Counted from the first letter of the stretch, positions 28,855-39,008 are shown. The stretch: DNA of 64,000 bases from an uncultured bacterium (GCA_903824595.1 CAIJXH010000007.1:5184-69183); one strand, 5' to 3'. The notes: generated from the sequence alone by a model not told the origin. Numbers and translations are program-made.

Positions 28855-29691
28855 ATGCAGGACTTGCTGTCATTTATAGTGAGACGTTTGGGTTGGAGGG
28901 CGTTGCATCTGATACTACCATTGAGCATCATTGCTCTCTCGGTGGCGGGCTGTGTGGCGATTGTGTACTACACGAGTAGACCTGCCGACAGTCTCTTGTG
29001 TCCAAGCGCATACACCACCACCGAAGAGGCGACGGCATCCTTCCAAGCATTCACGAATAACTTTTACGACGCACATCCAGATGCCTCACTGAGTGATCTT
29101 GCTGCCGCACGCCACGACTTCTATGTATCGCATCACTGCACGCAAGAACTTGCGGCATACCAACAAGCAGTAGATGGTAACGCTGATCCTGCGACAATGA
29201 AGATGATAGACCAAGCGATTGGAAAGGTTTTGACAGCAATAAAGGACGCCGAATCAAAACGCCCGCCCGGCATTGGAGCGTCACCCAGCGAAAAAGAAAT
29301 CTACGAAAATCCCTATATCAAGCACATCCGTACAGCCTTACACGGGTACTTGGACGGGACGAATGATGGGGTTGAAGTGGATAGTCTTGCTCTCGGCACA
29401 CAGAATGAGCGTTGCGGTCTTGAACACTTTGACAAATCGTATTACAGGAGCAAATTTGTCATTTACAGTGCCGAAAACAATGAGTACGGAGGAGTCGAAG
29501 CCAACATAATTTTTATTGATAAGCCCAACGCTGTATTCTGGGCTTGGGTCTATCAATATGGTGGTGATGAGAATGGCGATAAGAAATATGCCTTGAGAGG
29601 CTTTTGCGAGCAGAAATTACCTGCGGAACATAAAGCCGAATTGCTCAAGACAATGTCGGAGTTTGCACACGAATCCAAATACTCCATTTGA
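28855..29691 (+). CDS. Membrane-anchored hypothetical protein
   Basis: N-terminal TM helix, long open frame. Confidence 0.6.
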   Translation: MQDLLSFIVRRLGWRALHLILPLSIIALSVAGCVAIVYYTSRPADSLLCPSAYTTTEEATASFQAFTNNFYDAHPDASLSDLAAARHDFYVSHHCTQELAAYQQAVDGNADPATMKMIDQAIGKVLTAIKDAESKRPPGIGASPSEKEIYENPYIKHIRTALHGYLDGTNDGVEVDSLALGTQNERCGLEHFDKSYYRSKFVIYSAENNEYGGVEANIIFIDKPNAVFWAWVYQYGGDENGDKKYALRGFCEQKLPAEHKAELLKTMSEFAHESKYSI

Positions 29692-29892
29692 TCGGTGTTG
29701 AAGACGATGCTTCAAAGTGCGCACATCAGTCTAATGTTGGAACCTGCCACAAACAATATACGGTTCCACCTTTTCTTTTTGCTGCGAAGCGTTTAGGTGG
29801 GAATGATAAGGTGAGAGCGGGCGGAGTCATGTTATGTGAATCCGTGCGCAATCAAATACAACTGTGCGGGCGGCTCGCATTCTGTCTCCACA

Positions 29893-30085
29893 CATGCCAT
29901 AATTTCAACGGCAAGAACATTGCTTCAATCCCTGCACTACCGCTGGCTATTTATATGTCCGTAAGCCACGCGGGTTGGTACTTGAAAAGTGCCTTCATCG
30001 TCCTCAGATCTACGTAGAGCGGAGAATCGATACAGTAATGCAGGGATTGAAAGAATGTCGTTGCTTGTCGCCAACCCTATGACAG
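29893..30085 (-). ncRNA. Candidate ~190-nt RNA: long stem closing a multibranch domain
   Basis: 29910-29940 pairs with 30035-30065 (25/31 Watson-Crick); three mismatches become G-U on the minus strand. Confidence 0.45.
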
Positions 30086-30225
30086 AGTATCACAAAAACG
30101 AACAATGGGAAGTAAAATGCATACAAACAAGAGAACATAGCATGTATTTACAGAGATTTTTATGACATTTAGAGATACTGGTAAGGGTTGTTGACAGGAT
30201 AAATGGGAGGAGTAAAATCAGCTGT

Positions 30226-30600
30226 ATGGAAGAATATAACTTTGATGAGTTCAATTCGGTTGGGACAAGATTCAATCCAACAATTAGTCTTGGCGATTCG
30301 GAAAGGTTTTATTTGGGCGGTTCCTTCTGTAGGAAATACAACATATCCGATATGGTTGGGGTAAAACTTATGTACGATAAAGCAAAAAATGCTGTGGGTT
30401 TTAGGTTCTTGAAGCAGAAAGAAGACGGTATGATTGGCCTAAAGAGACTTGGTAAAGATTCCGCGTACATCAATGCAAAAGCATTTCTTGGCATGTATGA
30501 TATAGAGTATAAGAAGTTCTCGAATCGTTACTTACCAAAAGAGGTCAATAGTGGAGATAAGAAGATTCTGGTCATTGAACTCAAAGAGACAATGAAGTAG
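30226..30600 (+). CDS. Small AT-rich beta-rich hypothetical protein
   Basis: GGGAGGAG upstream, clean ORF with lower GC than the flanks. Confidence 0.7.
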   Translation: MEEYNFDEFNSVGTRFNPTISLGDSERFYLGGSFCRKYNISDMVGVKLMYDKAKNAVGFRFLKQKEDGMIGLKRLGKDSAYINAKAFLGMYDIEYKKFSNRYLPKEVNSGDKKILVIELKETMK

Positions 30601-30772
30601 ATTCGCTAAAGTTGTCGAAAATATCGTTTCGTAAAACGGACTACTATCAATGTTGATCAACAGATGTTTCCATTCGTTGCATCAATCTGATCATTATCAG
30701 CCGATGTTCCATCTGCAACATGAATTCTCTGTTGAAAAATAGGGGTATATTTATGTCATGTTCCGGGAGCCG

Positions 30773-30959
30773 CTGACATACATCGCCTACAGGGCGATTC
30801 TGTCATATGCGGCTCCGAGGGAGACAAGCGCCTGGACGCTTGTCGAGTGGGACGAGAACAGCGGAGCGATGTCGAGCAAGCTTGCGAGACCGCGAGCTGG
30901 TGCCTAACCCGAGCCGAGTGTCGATGAGGTGAGAGGTGAAGGAGAGTCTACCCCGGAGC
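30773..30959 (+). repeat. tRNA-anchored structured unit C (tRNA-Asn-matched)
   Basis: Shares GAACAGCGGAGCGATG and CCGCGAGCTGGTG exactly with unit A; ends GAGTCTACCCCGGAGC like tRNA-Asn. Confidence 0.8.
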
Positions 30960-31052
30960 AAAGAAGTTTTAGTTCCCTTTTCAATTTTTCAACCCCGATT
31001 TTTCTTTTTAGGCAGGGGCGGCGCAGAAATGCCAAAATACGGAGAGTGAATC

Positions 31053-31508
31053 TCAGCTCGATCGTACAATGTATTTTTTGCTCGCTATGTAAAATACAGG
31101 AATGTTGATTAAGTAAGTCATGAGCCGTAGTACAAGAACCGGAATCAGGTCAACGGTGGTGCCTTTCAAGATCATAAAAACGATTGGATCAGCGAAAAAT
31201 TCAAGCGAAAGAACCGCGACAAATACAAGCGAAAGAACCGCCAGATAGATTGTCGAAAGTCTCACAATTTTCATCGGATCGTTAACGATGTACATTCGAT
31301 TTACATAGCGCGCCGAATATATAACAGCGAGATATACGATGAGCGGCGACACGACGAGAGTAATAAGACCTTGCAGTAAGCCTTCAATATTCAATGAGCG
31401 AAATACAAAAGACAGAATAATGTCTCCCACAAACGGAACGACAAGCCCTGCTGTAAGATAGTGCGTCGTCGCAATATACCAATTCGCCGATGTCTTTTTT
31501 GCGGGCAT
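31053..31508 (-). CDS. Four-TM membrane protein
   Basis: Hydrophobic ORF; TATAAT upstream on the minus strand. Confidence 0.65.
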   Translation of the reverse strand: MPAKKTSANWYIATTHYLTAGLVVPFVGDIILSFVFRSLNIEGLLQGLITLVVSPLIVYLAVIYSARYVNRMYIVNDPMKIVRLSTIYLAVLSLVFVAVLSLEFFADPIVFMILKGTTVDLIPVLVLRLMTYLINIPVFYIASKKYIVRSS

Positions 31509-31638
31509 AATCTTATTATTATACCCCTTTCGTTAGCATGGCTGGCCACAAGTCCATGTCGGTGTGGGGAAAACTTGTCAGCTGGTCAAAAGACGCTATT
31601 TCCTCGATCCCGCCGACTTTCGAGGTGCTATAATCAGC

Positions 31639-32112
31639 ATGATGATTTTTTTGATGGTTGGATCTGCCGCGATTTTTATTGTGAGTGTCAGTTTTCTTTT
31701 TCTGTTCCGCGATACCATTGACGATTCGATATGGTTTATCCCACTACTCTCCGGCGTGATCGTCGGTTTCCTGTTCTTGCTCGCCGCCGTGAGCAAATTC
31801 ATACCGCAACATCCTCAAGCAGAAGAATTCCGCAGAGCGCGGAGAAAATCCAAGTTCATCAGAAATGCCATCGTATTCGCACTCTGTATACCTTTCATTG
31901 TCGCGGCAACACTAACTCCACGATACGTTCAACTCATAGTAACAGAAGAGGAATGGTCCCGCGTTTTCGTCGAAGAACAGTATCAGGGTAAATGTTATAC
32001 GAAGGAATGGAACCTCTCGCGAATAAAGTGTATCGGGACAGGTTTCGACTGGCCGCTTGAGAAACTGCTCTGGTTGATGAGCAAACCAGGTCTATTGAAC
32101 ATTCTAAGGTAG
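31639..32112 (+). CDS. Membrane hypothetical protein
   Basis: Three TM helices; TATAAT 4 nt before the ATG. Confidence 0.6.
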   Translation: MMIFLMVGSAAIFIVSVSFLFLFRDTIDDSIWFIPLLSGVIVGFLFLLAAVSKFIPQHPQAEEFRRARRKSKFIRNAIVFALCIPFIVAATLTPRYVQLIVTEEEWSRVFVEEQYQGKCYTKEWNLSRIKCIGTGFDWPLEKLLWLMSKPGLLNILR

Positions 32113-32401
32113 GCTGGTTTGGATGGGACGACGCTCCAGTAGTGCGCAACATAATAGTCGCTATATGATTATTGCGACACAATAGTACCGATTGCCACAT
32201 CTGCGGGACGAGCGTTTATGGATAATGGTGTCCCAATTTCTGACCCCAATTTTTGAGTAGTGTACAGCCAAAGCAAAAGACTGGACGAGCGGAATCAAAA
32301 GTGTCGCTCGCGTGAAGCTATCTATTTCTGCAAATAGGTACATACTCATGGTATTAGCTGAGGCATCAGCATGAGTGCTCTGATGCATAATCGACACTTG
32401 T

Positions 32402-32539
32402 ATGCTTACAACAATTGCAATCGTTCTTTTGGTTCTATGGGTTTTCGGTTTTATAGGATTTCATGTGCTAGGAGGGTTTATTCACATTCTTTTAGTCGTT
32501 GCCGTCATTATGTTGTTGTTGAGAATTATTCAAGGATAA
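32402..32539 (+). CDS. lmo0937-family small membrane protein (45 aa)
   Basis: MLTTIAIVLLVLWVFGFIGFHVLGGFIHILLVVAVIMLLLRIIQG; below the ORF-track size cut-off. Confidence 0.8.
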   Translation: MLTTIAIVLLVLWVFGFIGFHVLGGFIHILLVVAVIMLLLRIIQG

Positions 32540-32554
32540 GATTCATAACCACAT

Positions 32555-33490
32555 ATGACATACATGGCACACATATCAAAACTACGGAGACGTGGCGTAT
32601 TCATGACCCTCTTGTTATGTGTGCTTTGTGTCGTGTCATTCGGGATATTCTATTTCAAGAACGCGGCGTCCATTGTACATATCGCGAAGGTTATGGGCAT
32701 CACATCAATTTTAGAAATTGCGTCAAATGGGAGTACAACATTGATTGCGGGTATACAGCCAGGTGGAGGCAAAACCACTACAACCACATCCATGTTTGGT
32801 GTCGTACAACCGCCGCTTTCTGAATATATGGAGGTTATGGATGGATGTGGTCCATACTACGATACGGGGACATGCGTAAATATGCGTTCTGGTCCGGGTA
32901 TCACGTACTCCGTGGTTGCGCGTTTGCGCACTGGCGTAGTTTTGCGAGTAAAAAAAGAGGTCACAATTGATGGTGTGATATGGGATAACATCGGATTTGA
33001 TAATGAGGTGCGCTACAAAGATCGTCTTCCAGAAGATCTATATGTTGCGGCTGCGTTTGTTCGAAATTTCTATCATGACGGAAACTATGTGTGGATGAAA
33101 AGTGCCGCGACCACTACAAAGCGAATCGTGGTTGATGTATCGGAACAAATGTTATACGCCTATGATGGTGCCACTCTTTTTATGAAAGAGCCTGTGTCAA
33201 CAGGTCTTGAGCTAACTCCAACCGCACGTGGTACTTTTACCGTATTCAAAATGACACCAGCCCGATACATGCAAGGACCATTGCCCGGAGTGAGTGAGCA
33301 AATATATGACTTGCCGGGAGTTCCGTGGAATCTGTATTTTACAGAAGGAGGTGCCGTCATTCACGGTGCGTATTGGCACGATCATTTTGGTGAACCGTGG
33401 TCTCATGGGTGTGTGAATTTGCCACCCCAGAAGGCAAAGCAACTCTACGAGTGGGCGGTCATTGGCACAAAAGTAACCATTCAGAATTGA
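32555..33490 (+). CDS. L,D-transpeptidase (YkuD) with SH3-like domain
   Basis: VNMRSGPG..Y.VV; IVVDVSEQML, VSTG, IHGAYWH..FG.P.SHGCVNL. Confidence 0.9.
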   Translation: MTYMAHISKLRRRGVFMTLLLCVLCVVSFGIFYFKNAASIVHIAKVMGITSILEIASNGSTTLIAGIQPGGGKTTTTTSMFGVVQPPLSEYMEVMDGCGPYYDTGTCVNMRSGPGITYSVVARLRTGVVLRVKKEVTIDGVIWDNIGFDNEVRYKDRLPEDLYVAAAFVRNFYHDGNYVWMKSAATTTKRIVVDVSEQMLYAYDGATLFMKEPVSTGLELTPTARGTFTVFKMTPARYMQGPLPGVSEQIYDLPGVPWNLYFTEGGAVIHGAYWHDHFGEPWSHGCVNLPPQKAKQLYEWAVIGTKVTIQN

Positions 33491-33538
33491 TACGTGGTGT
33501 TTCCTTGTGTATCCGTGCAATCTATGTAGTATGGCGTA

Positions 33539-34174
33539 ATGATATTTCCATTCATCGTTATCAACACGCAATCATCCGTATTCACAACCACGCCTCACTC
33601 TCAACAAATTATTCTCGCGTCATCACGCACGCAAAGCGTAGAAGCTGCTCACACGGCTTCCGATGTCCCGTTTTATTCTCAATTTGTCGACATATCGGCA
33701 CCTGCGTGGAAGAAAGTCGGATGCGGGATTGCGAGTCTTGCCATGATTATCGATTTTTATAAACCTGCCGTACCAGTAAACACATTGTTGACGCGGGGCA
33801 TTGCGGCTGGCGCATACACACAAAATGCAGGCTGGTCGTACAAAGGACTCATTGCGCTCGCCCAAAAATATGGACTCGAAGGAGCTAGTTATGATCTCTC
33901 GAAACTCGGTACGAATGTCGCTCTCAAAAAATTCAAAACCCTACTCAATGATGGTCCTGTTATAGCATCGGTGCACTACAAATTTGACCCGCACAGTTCA
34001 ATACCGCATCTTGTGGTAATAAACAGAATAGAGGACGACACCCTGTATTACAACGATCCCGCTGCAAAGAGCGGAGACAAGCAAATCTCTGTCACTGATT
34101 TTGAAAGAGGGTGGAAAATGAGATTCATCGTTTTTAGGCCTGTTGTTGAAAAAGAAAGTGGCGCATCTGTCTGA
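33539..34174 (+). CDS. C39-like peptidase
   Basis: VPFYSQ, GCGIASLAM, HLVVI, YYNDP. Confidence 0.85.
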   Translation: MIFPFIVINTQSSVFTTTPHSQQIILASSRTQSVEAAHTASDVPFYSQFVDISAPAWKKVGCGIASLAMIIDFYKPAVPVNTLLTRGIAAGAYTQNAGWSYKGLIALAQKYGLEGASYDLSKLGTNVALKKFKTLLNDGPVIASVHYKFDPHSSIPHLVVINRIEDDTLYYNDPAAKSGDKQISVTDFERGWKMRFIVFRPVVEKESGASV

Positions 34175-34211
34175 TACGGGATGGTGGTCAACAAAATCAG
34201 TGTATACTGTT

Positions 34212-34757
34212 ATGATGCATACCATGCGAGCGGAAGGAGAAAAAGTACCAGATGTTGTATTCAAGACGCGCGTGCGCGATGAGTCGATTGGAGGAGAAAA
34301 TCCGTATCGTTGGCAAGACAGATCGTCACACGACATATTCGACGGTAAACGAGTCGTTGTGTTTGGATTGCCGGGAGCGTTTACTCCCACATGCTCATCG
34401 ACACATGCTCCTGGGTTTGAATCGGTATATGACGATCTTGTGTCGTGTGGTGTTGACGACGTGTACTGTTTGTCTGTGAATGATGCGTTTGTGATGAAGC
34501 AGTGGGCAGACAAACTCGGTATCAAGAACATCAAAATGCTTCCCGATGGCAACGCAGAATTTACGCGTGGCATGGGAATGTTGGTAAAAAAAGAAAATCT
34601 AGGGTTTGGAGAACGAAGCTGGCGCTACTCGATGCTTGTTGAGAACGGTGTAATCAAGAAATTATTTGTAGAGCCAGGGCACGCCGACAATCACGAAGAA
34701 GATCCATTTGAAGTTTCCGACGCGCTCACGATGCGTGCGTATCTCAAGAATACATAA
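34212..34757 (+). CDS. Peroxiredoxin (Prx5-type)
   Basis: VVVFGLPGAFTPTCS..H.PG, SVNDAFVM, RSWRYSM. Confidence 0.93.
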   Translation: MMHTMRAEGEKVPDVVFKTRVRDESIGGENPYRWQDRSSHDIFDGKRVVVFGLPGAFTPTCSSTHAPGFESVYDDLVSCGVDDVYCLSVNDAFVMKQWADKLGIKNIKMLPDGNAEFTRGMGMLVKKENLGFGERSWRYSMLVENGVIKKLFVEPGHADNHEEDPFEVSDALTMRAYLKNT

Positions 34758-34826
34758 CGCCTGCGTTTTGGCGCATTGGACAGCGCGCTTTCGTTTGTCG
34801 CACAATACCTATATAATGGGCGCTCT

Positions 34827-35897
34827 ATGAAGAATTACTACGATATTCTTGGGGTAGGAAAAACCGCCAGCGAGGAAGAGATAAAGAGCGCGTTTCGTAA
34901 GCTTGCGCATAAATACCATCCCGATAAGAAAGGTGGCGATGAAGCTAAATTCAAAGAAGCCAGCGAGGCGTATGCAGTGCTGTCTGATAAAAAGAAACGC
35001 GCCGAGTATGATACCTATGGTAAAACGTTTGCTGGTGGAGCAGGGTCTGGCGCTGGAGGATTTGGTGGATTTGATTTTTCAGGATTCCAAAATGGATTCG
35101 GCGGGCAAGGAGTCGAGTTCGATCTTGGTGATATTTTTGGCGACGTATTTGGGGGCGGATCCGCGCGATCATCTTCGCGGGGTCGTGACATATCAATAGA
35201 CATAGAGCTGTCGTTCCGTGAGTCGATTTTTGGTACCGAACGACGCGTGCTGCTCTCAAAGATGTCGACGTGCGAAGAATGCGCTGGTTCTGGCGCCAAG
35301 AAAGGAAGTAAGATTGTTTCCTGCAATCACTGCAATGGAAAAGGGGCCATCAAAGAAACCCGCAATACTTTTTTTGGTCAGTTCGTGTCGTCACGACCGT
35401 GCGCGACATGCCGCGGATCGGGTACTGTTCCTGAGACACCGTGCGCGCGTTGTCGCGGCGAAGGTGTATCGAAACGAGAAGAAGAAATTCATGCGGTGAT
35501 TCCTTCGGGTATTCAAGATGGGGAAATGATTCGTATGCCAGGCAAAGGAGAGGTGGCACGCGGTTCTTCGCCAGGAGATTTGTATATCAAAATACACGTA
35601 AAACAAGAGCGTGATTTTACTCGCGATGGTGTCAACATACTCACAACGCTCCCCATCAAGTTGTCCGATGCGCTCCTGGGTGGCGAGTACCGCATTCGCA
35701 CGCTTGACGGAGAAGAAACTATCACCATTACACCGGGCATACTTCATGGCGATATGTTGCGAGTCAAAGGTAAGGGAGTGCCACACGGAAGAGGCAGCAG
35801 GGGCGATCTTTTGGTGCGTATTGCTATCGATATCCCAAAGAAACTTTCTAAAGAGGCACGGGCTCTTGTGGAAAAGCTTCGTGCAGAGGGTATTTAG
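34827..35897 (+). CDS. dnaJ: Chaperone DnaJ
   Basis: J domain HPD, G/F-rich linker, four CxxCxGxG repeats. Confidence 0.97.
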   Translation: MKNYYDILGVGKTASEEEIKSAFRKLAHKYHPDKKGGDEAKFKEASEAYAVLSDKKKRAEYDTYGKTFAGGAGSGAGGFGGFDFSGFQNGFGGQGVEFDLGDIFGDVFGGGSARSSSRGRDISIDIELSFRESIFGTERRVLLSKMSTCEECAGSGAKKGSKIVSCNHCNGKGAIKETRNTFFGQFVSSRPCATCRGSGTVPETPCARCRGEGVSKREEEIHAVIPSGIQDGEMIRMPGKGEVARGSSPGDLYIKIHVKQERDFTRDGVNILTTLPIKLSDALLGGEYRIRTLDGEETITITPGILHGDMLRVKGKGVPHGRGSRGDLLVRIAIDIPKKLSKEARALVEKLRAEGI

Positions 35898-35914
35898 TTT
35901 GTTAGAATCATTCA

Positions 35915-36400
35915 ATGAATCACAGCATGGCTGCTTTTATACATCTATCTCCCGATTGGATCGTGATCGGTGTGTGTGTCGTTGTTCTTTCGTTTGATGC
36001 GTTTCGTTCTGGTGTGGGTAGGGTAGTCGCGTGCGCACTAGCGTTTCCTATAACCTCTGTTTTTTTGGATGACGTCTCTCGCGCGTGGTTTGTCGAAACA
36101 TTCGTCGCGCGACTCTCGACACCTCTTCTGAATGCGGCAGAATACGGTGTCGTGTTTGCCGTCGTCTACGTACTCGTGTATCGCATGAGCATGTGTTATT
36201 TCGGAGAAAGCGGTCATGTGTTGCTCGCGCTTTTGTCTGGTATGGCTGGAACGGTGATCATTGTTACGTTCTTTGTGCACACGCCAGCTCTTGCGGTGTT
36301 GTGGAATATCGGACAGCCGATTCGCGCGCTATTTGCCGCGCACTATGTATTCTGGTGGCTTCTTGGTTCGTACGGTGCTCTCGCGTGGGCGCGAGGGTGA
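35915..36400 (+). CDS. Membrane hypothetical protein
   Basis: Several TM helices. Confidence 0.6.
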   Translation: MNHSMAAFIHLSPDWIVIGVCVVVLSFDAFRSGVGRVVACALAFPITSVFLDDVSRAWFVETFVARLSTPLLNAAEYGVVFAVVYVLVYRMSMCYFGESGHVLLALLSGMAGTVIIVTFFVHTPALAVLWNIGQPIRALFAAHYVFWWLLGSYGALAWARG

Positions 36401-36413
36401 CGTCGTATTGGTT

Positions 36414-37841
36414 TTATATTTTGTTTATTGCATTGACGATCGCGCCACTGATTGTTACAGGCGATCCGACAAAGAATGGTTTGATGGAATCCGTGTCGGT
36501 CGTCCCATCTTCGGTGAGAAATGCCGATGTGTCGCCTACGATACCCGTGTTTCCTGCGGGAATTGGATAAATACCATACCCATACGTATCACCCAGAAGA
36601 TAAATGCTCGCACCATCGTCTATAGTGAACTGAACGGTGCGATTTGATCCTGTTGTCCCTATATCGCCTTGGATATACACATCGAGCGTATTTCCTTTCT
36701 TGATGCGAATGCCATCGGGAAAGTTGGCGGTGTAATCGCGTCCGTCAACATCTGTTGCTGCCGACGTGTCACCCGCGATCACGCGCACATTTTGTATGTC
36801 AGAAGGATTTATCGTACCGATTTGGCGCCATGTTATCGCGTAAAGTATCTGATCTTCTTGGGATCCTGCGGTGATGCGAATGCCGGAAAAGCGCACGGAA
36901 GTATCATTGATCGTGTGGGTGGTTGCGACGCTTGGGCCGTACGAGGAGAGTGTTACCGACGCGGTACCTATTTGGAGACTTGCGTTGATTTTCTGGAACG
37001 TTCCTCGAACGGGTAGCGGACCGACGACAGGCGCGGATGCGTCGATTGCGTCGAGGGCAAACGTTGCCGTCTCATCATCATATTCTGAAAGATCGGCCGC
37101 CATGGCTCCCGCAATGGTAAGTGTTTTTGTTTCTCCTGCATGCACGATAAAGGGTTTGCTAAAGACAGCCTTCTGATCTGTGTGGAGATATGTGTAGCTC
37201 AATTCATTACCCGCTTCATCGAGTAATGAAAGATAGCTAAACGCGCCTATGTGCGACGGGCCGACACGCTCCACGGTGACGCTTCGCACGGTTATATCGC
37301 CGTGTTGTGCCGTCATGGTGAATGTGGTGAATGGCACGTAGAGTGCGTCGTGTGGCGCAATTGATGCGGCAGGTTGTGTGGTTGTGCCGATGCGCAACAT
37401 AACTGTTTCGACAGCCGCGACGGCAGCTGTTTGCGTGTTGGTGCTCATGTCCGTATTGGAAACAGTAGAGCATATGGCGTGCAATTTCTGTCGTGTCGCA
37501 ATACCGAATATGCCGCTACCTTTAGTAATTCCAGATGGGATGAGTATGTCTGATGCGTACTTTTCTTGAAATATCGAGAGTGCTCTTTTGGTTGCAAGCC
37601 CAAAATAGGAACTCTCTGCGCCGGGAGATCCCGCGCCATGTGCCGCGATGCGCGTATGGTTGTCTGCATTGAGAAAACGCTGCAGTGCGCGCACGTCATC
37701 ACCGTGCATTCCGATAGTAAGATTACGTTCCCAAGTAAAAGGACACACACTGGATGCGTGCGCGATCACAGGGAGACACGCGAACACAGTCAACATATAT
37801 GCAAACTTGATGGAAGTGGTGAACGTGAGCGCATTGCGCAT
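36414..37841 (-). CDS. Secreted peptidoglycan-binding, beta-rich surface protein
   Basis: C.FTW.RNL.IG..G.DV.ALQ.FLN...YFG.ATK.A...FQ.KY. Confidence 0.8.
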   Translation of the reverse strand: MRNALTFTTSIKFAYMLTVFACLPVIAHASSVCPFTWERNLTIGMHGDDVRALQRFLNADNHTRIAAHGAGSPGAESSYFGLATKRALSIFQEKYASDILIPSGITKGSGIFGIATRQKLHAICSTVSNTDMSTNTQTAAVAAVETVMLRIGTTTQPAASIAPHDALYVPFTTFTMTAQHGDITVRSVTVERVGPSHIGAFSYLSLLDEAGNELSYTYLHTDQKAVFSKPFIVHAGETKTLTIAGAMAADLSEYDDETATFALDAIDASAPVVGPLPVRGTFQKINASLQIGTASVTLSSYGPSVATTHTINDTSVRFSGIRITAGSQEDQILYAITWRQIGTINPSDIQNVRVIAGDTSAATDVDGRDYTANFPDGIRIKKGNTLDVYIQGDIGTTGSNRTVQFTIDDGASIYLLGDTYGYGIYPIPAGNTGIVGDTSAFLTEDGTTDTDSIKPFFVGSPVTISGAIVNAINKI

Positions 37842-37955
37842 GTATGCAAGTGTATCATGCGCAACGGGCGCGTGAGCTGGATTTTGTATACAATTTGTGT
37901 AAAGTGTCGCTCGGGAATGATGTTCTTTGGCAAATACGTAAGAGGGAGGGTATCG

Positions 37956-39008
37956 ATGCAAAACATAGCTGACTTTCTGATCGGGCGAAATCGCGAGCAA
38001 AGTGAGATTTTCTCCAGCCCTAATCAGCGACTTGTTAGGCAACAGTATCGGGCAAAACATCCGACAAAAGTGGTGGTAATAAAGTGTATGGATGGACGAC
38101 TCAATTTTCCTGTCATCACACGCACGCCACCGGGGATCATGTATCCGTTTCGGATGATGGGAGGGCTTTTTGACATGGGCTTCCCCTGGTTTGGAGACTT
38201 GGCTGGTGATCTGATCGTGAAGGCTATCTCAAAAGGTGCAGACTGTCTTTTTCTTTGCACCTATCACTTTTCAGAAGGTGACAATCCGCGTCGTGGGTGT
38301 AAAGGTTCCGGGTGCGACATTGGCAGAAGTCGTTCGGCGGCGTTTGCACTCAAGCACTCCATAGAAGAAATCTACGGACGCGGGCCCGTCTACCCGATCG
38401 TTGTGGGAGTCGAGACCGATTCCGACGCTCTCATCTTCCACGATGGTTCTGGTGGGGACGAGATCGATATCCGAGCGCATGTTACCTGTGGGGAGGATGA
38501 ATTACGCAGCGCCATAGATACGCTGTATTACGACATGAAGCAGGAGATAAGGAGAGATCTCCTTCCGATCGTGGTGGGTAATGTTGAGCACGTACGTTGT
38601 GTGCGTGCATCGAGGCGTACTCCTCTTGAGATGAATCACCTTGAACAAGCGGTTTGTGTGGGGCGAGGATTTGATTGGCTCCACCTTCCAAACAAAGCGC
38701 TTATCATTGGGCCTTTTAGCTCTAATTGGGAACATGAGATATATATCGCTGGAACTATCGTAGACATGAATCTTCGTCTTGCAGAAGCGGGGACACTGAC
38801 GTTGGATTACGAGGGAGCGGCGCTGGTGTGCGCGTCTTCGCATAGGGAAGGCGGCATAGAGAAAGATCGCGCATTGATGCGCGCACGCTATTTTGAGCGT
38901 GTTGCGACACATGTCCTGCGCACGCACGTGCCGAGTCTGAAGTTTCGTACCATCACCGGAACGGTGGACATGCAAACACGTTTTTTGAATGTCGCGAACA
39001 TATCGTAA
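37956..39008 (+). CDS. Beta-class carbonic anhydrase resembling CsoSCA-like proteins
   Basis: KCMDGRL and TYHFS.G...RGC zinc ligands; GGGAGG RBS. Confidence 0.7.
   Translation: MQNIADFLIGRNREQSEIFSSPNQRLVRQQYRAKHPTKVVVIKCMDGRLNFPVITRTPPGIMYPFRMMGGLFDMGFPWFGDLAGDLIVKAISKGADCLFLCTYHFSEGDNPRRGCKGSGCDIGRSRSAAFALKHSIEEIYGRGPVYPIVVGVETDSDALIFHDGSGGDEIDIRAHVTCGEDELRSAIDTLYYDMKQEIRRDLLPIVVGNVEHVRCVRASRRTPLEMNHLEQAVCVGRGFDWLHLPNKALIIGPFSSNWEHEIYIAGTIVDMNLRLAEAGTLTLDYEGAALVCASSHREGGIEKDRALMRARYFERVATHVLRTHVPSLKFRTITGTVDMQTRFLNVANIS

Larger units (their letters stand above)
23002..30772. mobile_element. Integrative island (~7.8 kb) inserted at the tRNA-Asn 3' end
   Basis: Serine recombinase reading into the tRNA; CCCGGAGCCG (23002-23011) vs CCGGGAGCCG (30763-30772); the tRNA-Asn-matched repeat unit lies just beyond the right junction. 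Confidence 0.75.

Noticed and set aside
29688-30017. 109-aa ORF over the second RNA candidate
   Set aside because: TTG start, no recognisable motif, and it overlaps a strong inverted-repeat structure.
29893-30085. Assignment as 6S RNA, SRP RNA or a hammerhead/pistol ribozyme
   Set aside because: It lacks the 6S central bubble and the SRP GGAA-loop motif, and complete ribozyme cores could not be matched by eye.
23002-30772. Prophage
   Set aside because: No capsid, terminase, portal or tail genes.
37566-38060. Long overlapping N-termini of the divergent 480-aa and 548-aa ORFs
   Set aside because: Better starts at 37956 (with RBS) and 37841 remove the overlap.
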